A DNA stretch of 64,000 bases from Vulcanimicrobiota bacterium (GCA_963695225.1 OY968762.1:64001-128000); one strand, 5' to 3'; shown: positions 21,846 to 32,281, counted from the stretch's first letter. The notes: a model not told the origin generated them from the sequence alone. A program made the numbers and translations.

Positions 21846-23455
21846 GCGACGACCTCCGTCGCGACGTGCGTGCCGAAGACGGCGCGCAAGACGTCGCAGA
21901 CCTCACCGAGCGTCGCGCCCGCATCGACGGCTTCGACGAAACGCGGCATCAGGTTTGCGGTGCCTTCGGCGGCGGCGCGCACTTCGGCCAGGCGCCGCTC
22001 GACGAGCGCCCCGTCGCGCTCGCGCCGGTAGGTTTCGACCCGGCCGACTTGGTCGCGTTCGATCCGCGGGTCGATCCGTTGCAGGTCGATCTTCGCGGCA
22101 GCATCGGGCTCGACGAAGCGGTTGACGCCGACGACGACGGAATCGCCGCGTTCGATCGCCTGCTGCGCGCGGTACGCGGATTCGGCGATGCGGGAACCCA
22201 TCCAGCCGGAGGCGATCGCCTCGACGCTGCCGCCTTGCGCGTCGATCTCGCCGATCAGCGCTTGGGCGCGTTCGATCAGCGCTGCCGTCAGCGATTCGAC
22301 GTAATACGAGCCGGCCAGCGGGTCGACGACGTCCGCGACGCCGCTCTCGTAGCCGATGATCTGCTGCGTGCGCAGCGCGAGCCGGGCGGATTCCGCCGTG
22401 GGGAGCGCGAGCGCTTCGTCGCGCCCGTTCGTGTGCAGCGAGGACGTGCCGCCGAGAACGGCGGCGAGCGCTTGCAGCGTGACGCGGACGACGTTGTTGT
22501 CGGGCTCTTGCGCGGTCAGCGTCGAGCCGCCGGTTTGGGTGTGGAAGCGCAGCATCTGCGAGCGCGCATCTCTGGCCCCGAACTCATCGCGCGTGATAGC
22601 AGCCCAGATCGCGCGCGCGGCGCGATACTTCGCGATCTCCTCGAAGAAGTCGTTGTGCGCGTTCCAGAAGAACGAGATGCGCGGCGCGATGCGGTCGATG
22701 TCGAGCCCCGCTTCGCGCGCGGAACGCAGGTACGCCTTCGCGTTCGAGAGCGTGAACGCGATCTCTTCGACGGCCGTCGAGCCCGCTTCGCGGATGTGGT
22801 AGCCGGAGATCGAGATCGTGTTCCACTGCGGGACCGACTCGGCGCAATACGCCATCACGTCCGTGACGAGACGCATCGAAGGGCGCGGCGGGTAGATATA
22901 GGTCCCGCGCGCCACGTATTCTTTGAGCACGTCGTTCTGGATCGTTCCGCCGAGCTTATCGAACGGGATCCGGCGGCGGCGCGCGACGGCGAGCAGCATC
23001 GCGAGCAGGATCGAAGCCGGCGCGTTGATCGTCATCGAGACGGTGACGGCGTCGAGCGGAATCTCGTCGAAGAGCGTTTCGACGTCGCGAACGCCGTCGA
23101 TCGCGACGCCGACTTTCCCGACTTCGCCGCGGGCTTGCGGCGCGTCGGAATCGTAACCGAGCTGCGTCGGCAGGTCGAACGCAACCGAGAGTCCCGTCGT
23201 CCCCCGGGCGAGCAGATAGCGGTAGCGAGCGTTCGACTCGGCTGCCGTCGCGAACCCTGCGTATTGGCGCATCGTCCAAAGGCGCCCGCGGTACCCGTCG
23301 GCACGCAGGCCGCGCGTGAACGGGAAGCTCCCCGGCTCGCCGCTCGCGTGGGCGGCCAGCGCCTGCGCGGAGTCGGCCGGGCCGTAGCAGGCTTTGAGCG
23401 GGATCCCGCTGGCGTTTTCGTCGCGGGCGTGCGATGGACGAGAGCGTGCCTTCAT
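21842..23455 (-). CDS. Methylmalonyl-CoA mutase, substrate-binding (large) subunit, no B12-binding domain
   Basis: WTMRQYAGF (Tyr of MCM type), [37 protein letters not shown]. Confidence 0.94.
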   Translation of the reverse strand: MKARSRPSHARDENASGIPLKACYGPADSAQALAAHASGEPGSFPFTRGLRADGYRGRLWTMRQYAGFATAAESNARYRYLLARGTTGLSVAFDLPTQLGYDSDAPQARGEVGKVGVAIDGVRDVETLFDEIPLDAVTVSMTINAPASILLAMLLAVARRRRIPFDKLGGTIQNDVLKEYVARGTYIYPPRPSMRLVTDVMAYCAESVPQWNTISISGYHIREAGSTAVEEIAFTLSNAKAYLRSAREAGLDIDRIAPRISFFWNAHNDFFEEIAKYRAARAIWAAITRDEFGARDARSQMLRFHTQTGGSTLTAQEPDNNVVRVTLQALAAVLGGTSSLHTNGRDEALALPTAESARLALRTQQIIGYESGVADVVDPLAGSYYVESLTAALIERAQALIGEIDAQGGSVEAIASGWMGSRIAESAYRAQQAIERGDSVVVGVNRFVEPDAAAKIDLQRIDPRIERDQVGRVETYRRERDGALVERRLAEVRAAAEGTANLMPRFVEAVDAGATLGEVCDVLRAVFGTHVATEVVA

Positions 23456-23568
23456 GATTTGTAAAGGTTCCGCATAGCAACGGTAAGCTCTTGGTAATCC
23501 GGGTAGAAATCGAGTGCCGGGCAGCGTAGGATCGAGGAAGTGGCATCCACGGAAAGACGGCACTCTCC

Positions 23569-23961
23569 ATGATGGAGTCCCTGGCGAACGGAATCGATCT
23601 CTCAGCGCCGGCGCGCGCGGAAACGTCGCCGTTGTTCCGGCGTGCCCTGCGCGAGTTCTTGGCCCGGACTCCGCTCAGCCGCGAGCGTACGGGCGACATC
23701 GTCCTTGCGGTCGGCGAGGCGACCGCGAACGCGATCGAGCATGCCTACCGGAACGCCCACGGAACGATCCGCTTGCGCGCGATGGCGACAGAAGCGCGCG
23801 TGATCGTCGAAGTGCAGGATACGGGGAAGTGGCGGATCGGCAATTCGCCCGACCGCGGACGCGGGCTCGGAATCATTCGTGCGCTCGTCGATTGCGCTTC
23901 GATCGAGAGCACGAGCGCGGGGACGTCCGTGCGCCTGGAGATCGTGCTCCAAGCCGGTTAA
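23569..23961 (+). CDS. Stand-alone anti-sigma factor-type ATPase/kinase (HATPase_c_2, RsbW-like)
   Basis: [31 protein letters not shown]. Confidence 0.85.
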   Translation: MMESLANGIDLSAPARAETSPLFRRALREFLARTPLSRERTGDIVLAVGEATANAIEHAYRNAHGTIRLRAMATEARVIVEVQDTGKWRIGNSPDRGRGLGIIRALVDCASIESTSAGTSVRLEIVLQAG

Positions 23962-23965
23962 CGGC

Positions 23966-25144
23966 TCAAGCGCGAACGAGCGCCTGCGCCGATGCGTGCG
24001 GCCCGCCGCAGCCTCCGGCGAGCGCCGTGTACTCTAGCGGGTAGACGGTGACGTCCGCGTCCCGCAGACGCTGGATGAATGACGGACCGGCCGCCGCGGC
24101 GCATGCGTATGCGCGCGGACCGAGCAAGAACCCGTTCGCCGCGTGGCGCTCCCTTTCGCTCCTCGTGATCGGAACGATGCGCATTCCCTTTTCGGCGAGG
24201 TACTCCGGCAGCGTCGTCGTCCGCGCGAGCCGGTAGGCGTAATCGACGGCGGTGCCGTCGGGGACGTGGATTTCGACGCGCGGCGCGGTGGCGCCGAGAC
24301 GCTCCTCGGAGAGCGCGCAAAGATCGCGATCGAGGACCGTCAGTTCGGCATCGATGTGCGTCGCGTCGATCCCGCTTCGCTCGTCGTACACGAGCGCCAC
24401 TTCGACGCGTCCGTAGGCGCGCGCCGCGAGGCACTGCGCGACGCCCTCGCGATTCGTCAGCGAGCCGATGCCCTGCAGCGCGAACGTGCCGCAGGGGATG
24501 AAGTCGCCGCCCTCGAGCGTTCCCGGCGCGCGGACGCGGAGAATCGGAGCGATGCCGAGCGCGGCGAGGATCTTCTCTGCAAGGTCGCACTCGGGCGCGC
24601 GCACGTCGAGCCGCATCCGCCCGACGACGACGCCGGCTGAGGTGACCATCATCGGATCGCGCAGCGAGTATGCGTCCGGGAGTGCGCGCAGCGAGAACTC
24701 GGCGCACAGCTCGCTGTGCCGGTCGAGCGCGCGCGGATTCGGCGAGAGCGAGACGGCGGGCCGCAAGAAGAGCAACTCGACGAGATCGCTCGGCTCGGAT
24801 AGCGCGAGCAACGATTCGATGTGCGCTGCGATCCGGTCCCGCCGGTTCGAATCGACGGCCGCGTCGATCCGATGCTCGATCGTCGCGCGCGCCCACTCGC
24901 GCAGAACGTTCGGGCCGACGTGCGCTCTTGAAGCGAGCGCTTCCCGGACGTCGATCGTGCGGATGCGATGCTCGGCGAGGAGGCGGCGGAACGCCTCGTG
25001 CTCGCGCCGCGCCGCGGCGAGCGAGAACGCGCGGCGGAAATTCGCGGCACCGGGGGCGAGGACTCCAGCCAGAGCCTCGGTGCGCGGAGCGCAGAGCAAG
25101 ACCGCTTGCGGCCGAAGCCACTCCGCAGGTTGCGCCGCGCTCAT
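23966..25144 (-). CDS. Arginine deiminase/amidinotransferase (pentein) family protein
   Basis: ARREHEAF, LRDP, GTLEGGDF, THIDA, C-terminal GGPHASAQ. Confidence 0.8.
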   Translation of the reverse strand: MSAAQPAEWLRPQAVLLCAPRTEALAGVLAPGAANFRRAFSLAAARREHEAFRRLLAEHRIRTIDVREALASRAHVGPNVLREWARATIEHRIDAAVDSNRRDRIAAHIESLLALSEPSDLVELLFLRPAVSLSPNPRALDRHSELCAEFSLRALPDAYSLRDPMMVTSAGVVVGRMRLDVRAPECDLAEKILAALGIAPILRVRAPGTLEGGDFIPCGTFALQGIGSLTNREGVAQCLAARAYGRVEVALVYDERSGIDATHIDAELTVLDRDLCALSEERLGATAPRVEIHVPDGTAVDYAYRLARTTTLPEYLAEKGMRIVPITRSERERHAANGFLLGPRAYACAAAAGPSFIQRLRDADVTVYPLEYTALAGGCGGPHASAQALVRA

Positions 25145-26898
25145 GCGAGCGAGACGAGCGTCGTGTCGGACTCTACGGTCGTTCCGGGTTTGACGTGGAT
25201 CTGCGCGATCTTCCCGGCGCGGTGCGCCCGGATCTCGTTCATCATCTTCATCGCCTCGATCACCGCGACCACCTCGCCTTCGGCGACCTCCTTGTCGGGC
25301 TCGACGAGGATGGCGACGACGAGACCGTGCATGGGCGCGACGATCGCGTTCCCGTCTGCGGACCCTTTGAGCTTACCGTTGCGCCGGCGTTTGGGAATCA
25401 GCGGCGCGCGCGCGGCGGAACGAACGGTCCCGGTCGCCGGCGTCTGCTTGTCGAGCACGCGCACGAAGAAGAGCTTGTTGTTGACCTCGACGCGCACGAC
25501 GTCGGTCGCCGCCGGAGGTTGGGGCGCGGCTTCCGAGGCCCCCAGGACGGGAACCTGCGGGCGGTACGTCTCGGCGAACGCTTCGAGCGTCGCCGTGCCG
25601 AACGTGCCGCCGGCGACGGACGGCTCGTACGAGAGGGCGCGCGAGAACGCGAGCGTCGTCGGCACGCCCGCGATCTTGTAATCGTCGATCGCGCGGCGCA
25701 AGCGCGCGAACGCCTGCGCGCGGTCGGGCGCCCAGACTATCAACTTCGCGATCATCGAATCGTAATCGGGCGTGATCTGCGAGCCGAGCGCGGCGGCGGA
25801 ATCGACGCGAATGCCGAGCCCCGCCGGTTCCTGATAGGCCGTGAGCGTCCCAGGCGCCGGCGCGAAGTTGTCCGCAGGGTCCTCGGCGTTGACGCGCACT
25901 TCGATCGCATGCCCGCGCAGGTGGATCGCATCCTGTCCGTAGCCGAGCGGCTCCCCGGCGGCGACGCGAATCTGCTCGCGGATCAAGTCGAGCCCGCTGA
26001 CCATTTCGCTGATAGTGTGCTCGACCTGGATGCGCGTATTCATCTCGAGGAAGAAGAACTCATCGCCCGCGACGAGCGTCTCGATCGTCCCGACGCTGTC
26101 GTAGCCGATCGCCTGCGCCGCGCGCACGCCCGCTTCGCGGAGAGCGGTGCGGACGCGCTCGCTGATCTGCGCGGGCGTCTCCTCGAAGAGTTTCTGGTGG
26201 CGGCGTTGCAAGGAACAATCGCGCTCGCCGACGTGGACGACGTTGCCGTGCTTATCGGCGAGGATCTGCAACTCGACGTGCTTGGGATTGTCGAGGTACC
26301 GCTCGACGTAGATCGTGGGATTCTTGAAATACGCTTCGGCTTCGCGCCGGGAGGTGGAAAACGCGGACGGAATCTCGGCGAGCGTGCGCGCGATCTTGAG
26401 CCCCTTGCCGCCGCCCCCGCCCGACGCCTTGATCGCGATCGGCAGGCCGTATTCGCGGGCCGCGGCCTCCGCCTGCGCGACGCTCGTGACCGGTTCCGTC
26501 CCGCCCGGAACGACGGGCACCCCGGCGGCGACCATCGCCTGCCTTGACCGAATCTTGTCCCCCATCGCGTCGATCGCCGCCGGGTGCGGACCGACCCATG
26601 TCAGCCCCGCGGCAATGACCGTGCGCGCGAACCCGGCGTTCTCGGCGAGGAAGCCGTACCCCGGATGGATCGCGTCGGCGCCGGCGCGGCGCGCGACGTC
26701 GAGCAGCTTTTCGACGTTTAGGTAGCTCTGCGACGGCGCGGAGGGTCCGAGCAGATATGCGTCGTCGGCATAGCGGACGTGGATCGCGTCCCGATCGGCC
26801 TCTGAATAAACGGCGATCGTGTGGAGCCCCATCTCGCGGGCGGTCCGCATCACGCGAAGCGCGATCTCACCGCGATTCGCAACGAGCAAGCGTTTCAG
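25141..26898 (-). CDS. Acyl-CoA (propionyl/acetyl) carboxylase alpha subunit: biotin carboxylase plus biotin carrier
   Basis: ANRGEIA, IHPGYGFLAEN, ERDCSLQRRHQK, EMNTRIQVEH, EAMKMM; probable CTG start 9 nt after GGAGG (TTG 26889 alternative). Confidence 0.95.
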   Translation of the reverse strand: MKRLLVANRGEIALRVMRTAREMGLHTIAVYSEADRDAIHVRYADDAYLLGPSAPSQSYLNVEKLLDVARRAGADAIHPGYGFLAENAGFARTVIAAGLTWVGPHPAAIDAMGDKIRSRQAMVAAGVPVVPGGTEPVTSVAQAEAAAREYGLPIAIKASGGGGGKGLKIARTLAEIPSAFSTSRREAEAYFKNPTIYVERYLDNPKHVELQILADKHGNVVHVGERDCSLQRRHQKLFEETPAQISERVRTALREAGVRAAQAIGYDSVGTIETLVAGDEFFFLEMNTRIQVEHTISEMVSGLDLIREQIRVAAGEPLGYGQDAIHLRGHAIEVRVNAEDPADNFAPAPGTLTAYQEPAGLGIRVDSAAALGSQITPDYDSMIAKLIVWAPDRAQAFARLRRAIDDYKIAGVPTTLAFSRALSYEPSVAGGTFGTATLEAFAETYRPQVPVLGASEAAPQPPAATDVVRVEVNNKLFFVRVLDKQTPATGTVRSAARAPLIPKRRRNGKLKGSADGNAIVAPMHGLVVAILVEPDKEVAEGEVVAVIEAMKMMNEIRAHRAGKIAQIHVKPGTTVESDTTLVSLA

Positions 26899-26901
26899 TT
26901 G

Positions 26902-27147
26902 TCACACCCTCCGGCGTGCCGCGCGAAGCACGTCGTATTCGTCGTTGTAATTGCGAGCGGCCCCGCGCCACTTCGGAACCGGCTCGATCTGGGCGGATGC
27001 CTCGGCCGTCGTGACGGCGGCCGCCATGACGGCGGCGATCGCGGCGATCTCCTCGGGAGTCGGTTCCGGGCGAATCGATAGAGTTGCTATCGGGACGTGC
27101 GGCGCCTGCCTCGGTAAGAGGACGGCACTTTCACTCGTTAGAGCCAC
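26902..27147 (-). CDS. Acyl-CoA carboxylase epsilon-subunit-like small protein (start uncertain)
   Basis: PEPTPEEIAAIAAV...W motif; directly upstream of the alpha subunit. Confidence 0.65.
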   Translation of the reverse strand: MALTSESAVLLPRQAPHVPIATLSIRPEPTPEEIAAIAAVMAAAVTTAEASAQIEPVPKWRGAARNYNDEYDVLRAARRRV

Positions 27148-27304
27148 GTACGTGCTATGAGACACCGGGATGCCGCTTGCCTTTCGGCGGGAGCCGTGGG
27201 AGCAGGCCCTCCGTTGACTTCCAACTTGCATGTCGGAACGCCTAGGCTTATTGTGAGGCCATCCTCAATGCCACTCGGCGGCGCCGAGAGAACGGGTGGA
27301 TCCG

Positions 27305-27676
27305 ATGGCCGGAACCAAAGTGAAGGGTCTCGAGAGGAAACAGGCCGAGCATCCTGACGAATCCCGCGCTTTCCCGAAGGGAAAACTCGACGTCTTCCAT
27401 TTAGGCGGGACGCAAGTAGGCATAGCCGCGTTCCAGCCCGGTTGGAAGTGGTCCGAATGCGTGCAGCCGATCGCGAAGACGCACAGCTGCGAAACGCGCC
27501 ACTTGGGCTACGTCGTCCGCGGCCGCATAAAGATCGTGATGGACGACGGCTCCGAAGCGGAGTTCGGCCCCGGCGACCTCATGGCGTGCGAGCCCGGGCA
27601 CGACGCCTGGGTAATCGGCAGCGAACCCTGCGAGATCGTCGACTTCCTAGCCGCCCCAACCTACGCCCGCCGCTAA
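27305..27676 (+). CDS. Cupin domain protein
   Basis: FQPGWKWSECVQP, HLGYVVRG, PGHDAWVIG. Confidence 0.88.
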   Translation: MAGTKVKGLERKQAEHPDESRAFPKGKLDVFHLGGTQVGIAAFQPGWKWSECVQPIAKTHSCETRHLGYVVRGRIKIVMDDGSEAEFGPGDLMACEPGHDAWVIGSEPCEIVDFLAAPTYARR

Positions 27677-27766
27677 GCCGGCGCCTCAGTTCGGGCGGCT
27701 AGTCGCCCACGTCCGAGGCGACCGATCCGGCGGGTGAGCAAGTGCACGCCCGCTAGCCCGTAGGCA

Positions 27767-27917
27767 GCGTTCGGGGTGGAACTGGGAGCCTCCGCGGGGC
27801 GTACAGCTTTCCCGCGTAGCCAGGATGGCGAGAGCGGGAAAGTGGACGAGTAGCGATTTCGCATGGATGCGAAATCGCGGGCGTCCCCGCGGGGGCTCCC
27901 AGCTCCACCCCGAACGC
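27767..27917 (+). repeat. Structured interspersed repeat / candidate ncRNA, copy 1
   Basis: 33 bp outer inverted repeat (2 mismatches) around a core 27792-27894 that matches the reverse complement of 61525-61627 at 95/103 nt. Confidence 0.9.
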
Positions 27918-27947
27918 GGGGCTCGCCCTCACGCTTCGACGGCTTCG

Positions 27948-29513
27948 CTAAAGCGGAATGTTCCCGTGCTTGCGTTTCGGGCGATCGACGCGTTTGTTCG
28001 CGAGCGTGGCCAGCGCGCGCGAGACGGCTTGGCGCGTGCGGCTCGCTTCGATGACGTCGTCGACGTAGCCGCGTTGCGCGGCGATGAACGGGTTCGCGAA
28101 ACGTTCTTCGTATTCGCGGACGAGTTCGGCTTCGCGTTCGGCGGGATTGGACGCTTCGAGGATCTCGCGCCGGAAGATCGTGCGGACGGCGCCGGCCGCG
28201 CCCATCACGGCGATCTCCGCGGTCGGCCAGGCGACGTTGTAATCGGCGCGGATGTGCTTGGAGGCCATGACGTCGTACGCGCCGCCGTAAGCCTTGCGCG
28301 TGATGATCGTGATCTTCGGGACGGTCGCTTCGGCGAACGCGTAGAGAAGCTTCGCGCCGTGCTTGATGATGCCGCCGTATTCTTGCGCGGTGCCGGGCAG
28401 GAAGCCCGGAACGTCGACGAACGTGACGAGCGGGATGTTGAAGGCGTCGCAGAAGCGCACGAAGCGCGCGGCCTTGATCGAGGATGCGATGTCGAGGACG
28501 CCCGCCATCACCTTAGGCTGGTTGCCGACGATGCCGACCGTGGTGCCGTCGACGCGGCCGAAGCCGATCACGATGTTCGCGGCGTAAAGTTCGCCGATCT
28601 CGAAGAAGTCGCCGTCGTCGAGGACCGCCGCGATCGCGTCCTTGATGTCGTACGGCTTGTTCGGCGAATCGGGGATCAGCGCGTCGAGTTCGGGGCAGAG
28701 CCGCTCGGGATCGTCGTCGCAGGTGTAGCGCGGCGGATCCTCGAGATTGTTCTGCGGCACGAACGAGAGGAGGCGGCGCGTTTCCAGGCACATCTCGTCT
28801 TCGTCCGCCGCGACGAGATCGGTGACGCCGCTCTTCGTCGCGTGCGCGAGCGCGCCGCCGAGCTCTTCGAACGTGACGTCTTCGCCGGTGACGGTCTTGA
28901 TGATCTCGGGGCCGGTGATGAACATCTGCGAGATCTTCTCGACCATGATCGTGAAGTCGGTGATCGCGGGCGAATAGACGGCGCCGCCCGCGCAGGGGCC
29001 CGCGATCAAGCTCAACTGCGGGATCACGCCGCTGGCCTGCACGTTGCGCCAAAAGATCTCGGCGTAGCCGCCGAGGCTCACGACGCCCTCTTGGATGCGC
29101 GCGCCGCCGGAATCGTTGATGCCGACCATCGGCGAGCCGGTGCGCACTGCGAGGTCCATCACCTTGCAGATCTTCTCGGCGAAAACTTCGCCGAGCGAGC
29201 CGCCGAGGACCGAGAAATCCTGCGAGAACAAGAAGATCTGACGCCCGTCGATCGTCGCGCGTCCGGTGACGACGCCGTCGCCGAGGAACTCGCGTTCGTC
29301 GAGCCCGAACGCCGTCGACCGGTGCACCGCGAATTGATCGAGTTCCACGAACGAGCCGGGATCGACGAGCGCGTCGACGCGCTCCCGCGCAGTACGCTTG
29401 CCCCGTTTGCGTTGCCGTTCGTTCGAGCCGGCCCCGGCCGGCTCGGCGGCTTCGGCTCGCTTGGCGGCGAGGAGGTCGTACTTCGCTTGATGGGCCGGCT
29501 GTTCGAGCTTCAC
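27948..29513 (-). CDS. pccB: Acyl-CoA carboxylase carboxyltransferase beta subunit (propionyl-CoA carboxylase)
   Basis: [54 protein letters not shown]. Confidence 0.94.
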   Translation of the reverse strand: MKLEQPAHQAKYDLLAAKRAEAAEPAGAGSNERQRKRGKRTARERVDALVDPGSFVELDQFAVHRSTAFGLDEREFLGDGVVTGRATIDGRQIFLFSQDFSVLGGSLGEVFAEKICKVMDLAVRTGSPMVGINDSGGARIQEGVVSLGGYAEIFWRNVQASGVIPQLSLIAGPCAGGAVYSPAITDFTIMVEKISQMFITGPEIIKTVTGEDVTFEELGGALAHATKSGVTDLVAADEDEMCLETRRLLSFVPQNNLEDPPRYTCDDDPERLCPELDALIPDSPNKPYDIKDAIAAVLDDGDFFEIGELYAANIVIGFGRVDGTTVGIVGNQPKVMAGVLDIASSIKAARFVRFCDAFNIPLVTFVDVPGFLPGTAQEYGGIIKHGAKLLYAFAEATVPKITIITRKAYGGAYDVMASKHIRADYNVAWPTAEIAVMGAAGAVRTIFRREILEASNPAEREAELVREYEERFANPFIAAQRGYVDDVIEASRTRQAVSRALATLANKRVDRPKRKHGNIPL

Positions 29514-29589
29514 GCTGCGCGTGTTCGCAGCGGAGCGTGCGCTGCCCCGCAGGACGGACCTCGCGCGTCGCCCGGCAAAAGGGTCCGGA

Positions 29590-30060
29590 ATGGACGGCCG
29601 TGAGGATCCCGTCGAGATCGAGCGCGCGGGGCCGCTCGACGGTCCGGCCGTCGCTGCGATCCTGGAGCGCTATTTCGACGCGATCGACCTTCCGCCCGAG
29701 CAGCGCGACGATCCGGCCGAAATCGCATCCTATCTCGTTCCGCCCAAGGGGCTGTGGCTCGCGCGGGACGGGGGCCGCGTCCTCGGCGCGATCGCGTTGC
29801 GCCCGCTCGCAGGGCATGCGGGCGCCTGCGAGATCAAACGGCTCTTCGTCGAGCCGGAGGCGCGCGGCCGAGGGATCGCGCACGCCCTGCTCGATACGCT
29901 GGAAGCTGCCGCGCGCGCGGCGGGGTACGTGCGAGCGTACCTCGATTCGCGTGGGGACCTGACGGCCGCGCTCGCGTTCTACGAGCTCCGGGGCTATCGC
30001 CCGTGCGAACGCTATAACGACAACCCCGAGGCGACGCACTTCCTACGCCGCGAGCTGTAG
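29590..30060 (+). CDS. GNAT family N-acetyltransferase
   Basis: [27 protein letters not shown]. Confidence 0.9.
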   Translation: MDGREDPVEIERAGPLDGPAVAAILERYFDAIDLPPEQRDDPAEIASYLVPPKGLWLARDGGRVLGAIALRPLAGHAGACEIKRLFVEPEARGRGIAHALLDTLEAAARAAGYVRAYLDSRGDLTAALAFYELRGYRPCERYNDNPEATHFLRREL

Positions 30061-30135
30061 AGGACATCCCCCTTTCGGGGTAAGAGAATGGGGCCCCGAT
30101 GTGGGGCACGCTTTGTTCGAAAGTGGGAGAGTGAC

Positions 30136-30477
30136 ATGGGTTGGCTCGCACGCATTTTCGGCATCCACCAAGACGCGGCGGCGGCACCCGCGGTAGCGAC
30201 CGCGGCACCTGCGGCCGACGCACCGGCGGAGGTTCCACCGGAGCGCAAGGGTTTGAACGGAGAATACGATCAGTCCGGTCTCGCCAAGCGCGTCGTCAAG
30301 GCGTTCGATGATGCGGGAATCGAGGACGCGCCGCACCTCTACGTCGCGCAGACGGGCACGACGGTCGTCTTCAAGGGGAACGTCCACAGCCAAGAGATCA
30401 TCGACCAACTCGCGGAGATCGCAAAGGGTGTCGAGGGCGCGCAGGCCGTCGACACGTCGGAGGTTCACGTCGTCTAG
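30136..30477 (+). CDS. BON domain protein
   Basis: GEYDQSGLAKRV...VAQTGTTVVFKG...VEGAQAVD; GGGAGAG RBS. Confidence 0.85.
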   Translation: MGWLARIFGIHQDAAAAPAVATAAPAADAPAEVPPERKGLNGEYDQSGLAKRVVKAFDDAGIEDAPHLYVAQTGTTVVFKGNVHSQEIIDQLAEIAKGVEGAQAVDTSEVHVV

Positions 30478-30512
30478 CGGCGCTGCGACGGCCGGCTTCG
30501 CGGCTCGCATCG

Positions 30513-31976
30513 TTACGATGCGGGCCGCGTACCTTTCCGGACGATCCGCCCGCGCTCGAGGTGGAGTTCGTGCGTGATGGAGCGCGGCAGCTCGTCGTCG
30601 TGCGCGACGACCACGAGCGCGGTACCGCGCCGCGCGAGATCGTCGAGCAGCTCGAGGAGCGCGGCGCGCACGCCCGGATCGAGCCCCTCGGAGGCTTCGT
30701 CGGCGATGAAAATGTCGGGTTCGCGAACGAGCGCGCGCGCGAGCAGCGCGCGGCGCCGTTCCCCGAACGAGAGCTGCAGGAATGGGCGCCCTGCGAGCGC
30801 GCGCAAATCGAAGCGCTCGAGCAATTCGGCGACGCGCGCGCGCTGCGCGGCGTCGAGTTCCTCAAAGAGGCCGACGCTCGAGAAGAAGCCCGAGGCGACG
30901 ACGGCACCCGTCGCTTCACTCCGATCGTATCCGGTCTGCGTCTCGTCGGAGAGCAGCACGATGCGCCGCTTGAGTTCGTCGAGCGTATGCCGCGCGCGGC
31001 CGAAGCGCTCGACGCTCGAACCGAGGACGGCCGGCACGGTCCCCGCGACCAGCCGTGCGAACGTGCTCTTCCCGGCGCCGTTCGGGCCGCGAATCACCCA
31101 ATGCTCGCCGGGCTCGAGCGTCCATTCGATCTCGCGCAAGACCTCGGTTCCGTCCAGCACGACGCCGGCGCGCGAGATGCGCACGAGCGCTTGTCGCGCG
31201 AGCGGCGCGGCGGCCCGGATCTCGAGCGGCGCGGGGCCGGGCGCGCTTGGCGCTGCGGGGACGAAGCGCGGCCGGCGGGGCGCGTGCGGGACGGCGACGC
31301 CGCCGTCGCGCAGGTGCAACTCGTGCGCGATGAAGCGCGGGAGATGGTCGACGCGATGCGAGGAGCAGACGATCGTCGTTCGCTCCGCGATTCGTTCGAG
31401 CAGCTCGAAGAGGGCGCTGCGGGAGCGCGCATCGAGGCCGGAAGCGAACTCGTCGAGCAACAGGATGCGCGGCGCGCCGGCGAGCGCGCGCGCGATCAGG
31501 ATGCGGCGCAGCGCGCCGTGCGAGAGCGTGCGCGCGTCCGCCGCGGCCGGCGTCTCCAGCGCCAGCTCGGCCACCAGCGCGTCGACCGTTTCGTCTTGCG
31601 CGGGCGTCGGCGGGCGCGGGACGTAATCTTCGCCGAACAGGCCGCTCGCGATCACGTCTCGCCCGCTCATCGCGAAGCTCAGGCGGCGGCGGCGCTCCTG
31701 CTGCTCGGGCGAGACGTAGGCGATCGCCGCGAGCGCGCCGATCGGCCCCGCATCGGTGAAAGGATACGCGCGCGTCCCGCCGGGATCAGGCCACAGTTCG
31801 CCGCGGATCACGCGCAACAGCGTGCTCTTCCCCGCGCCGTTGGGGCCGGTCAGCGCCCAGTGTTCCCCAGCGCGCAGCGACCAGGTGACGTCGCGCAGGA
31901 CGCGCCGCCCCCGCAACGTCAGATCGACGTGCTCCAGTTCGACGAGCAGCTCGCCCGACGGCGCGTTCGCTACCAA
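30513..31976 (-). CDS. Double-ATPase ABC protein (ModF-like)
   Basis: Two GPNGAGKST Walker A motifs, both preceded by GEHW; LLDEF and IADE Walker B; TTG start overlaps the upstream stop. Confidence 0.85.
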   Translation of the reverse strand: MVANAPSGELLVELEHVDLTLRGRRVLRDVTWSLRAGEHWALTGPNGAGKSTLLRVIRGELWPDPGGTRAYPFTDAGPIGALAAIAYVSPEQQERRRRLSFAMSGRDVIASGLFGEDYVPRPPTPAQDETVDALVAELALETPAAADARTLSHGALRRILIARALAGAPRILLLDEFASGLDARSRSALFELLERIAERTTIVCSSHRVDHLPRFIAHELHLRDGGVAVPHAPRRPRFVPAAPSAPGPAPLEIRAAAPLARQALVRISRAGVVLDGTEVLREIEWTLEPGEHWVIRGPNGAGKSTFARLVAGTVPAVLGSSVERFGRARHTLDELKRRIVLLSDETQTGYDRSEATGAVVASGFFSSVGLFEELDAAQRARVAELLERFDLRALAGRPFLQLSFGERRRALLARALVREPDIFIADEASEGLDPGVRAALLELLDDLARRGTALVVVAHDDELPRSITHELHLERGRIVRKGTRPAS

Positions 31977-32281
31977 ATCCCGAGTTGGACTTTCGCGTCC
32001 TCGCTCGCCATCGTGCGCGGATCCCACGGGGGCGAAAACGTGATGTCGACGCGCGTGGTCTTGACGCCCTCGATCGATTCGACCCTGTCGACGACCATCT
32101 GGCGGAACATCGGTCCGATGGGGCACATCGGCGACGTCAGCGTCATCGTCACGGTTACGTTCTCGTTCTGGGAGCCGTCGACGTCGATGCCATAGACGAG
32201 GCCGAGATCGACGATCCCCATGTTCAGTTCGGGATCCTCGACGGTCTTGAGCGCTTCGCGGACTTGATCTACGGTCGGCAT
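31970..32281 (-). CDS. Metal-sulfur cluster assembly factor (DUF59/SufT/PaaD-like)
   Basis: VEDPELNMGIVDLGLVY, MTLTSPMCP, FSPPW; GGAGG RBS. Confidence 0.92.
   Translation of the reverse strand: MPTVDQVREALKTVEDPELNMGIVDLGLVYGIDVDGSQNENVTVTMTLTSPMCPIGPMFRQMVVDRVESIEGVKTTRVDITFSPPWDPRTMASEDAKVQLGIW

Noticed and set aside
23480..23510. SigB/SigF-like GGGTA -10 boxes before the RsbW-like, BON and clpC genes
   Set aside because: The -35 elements and spacing are inconsistent; too weak to call.
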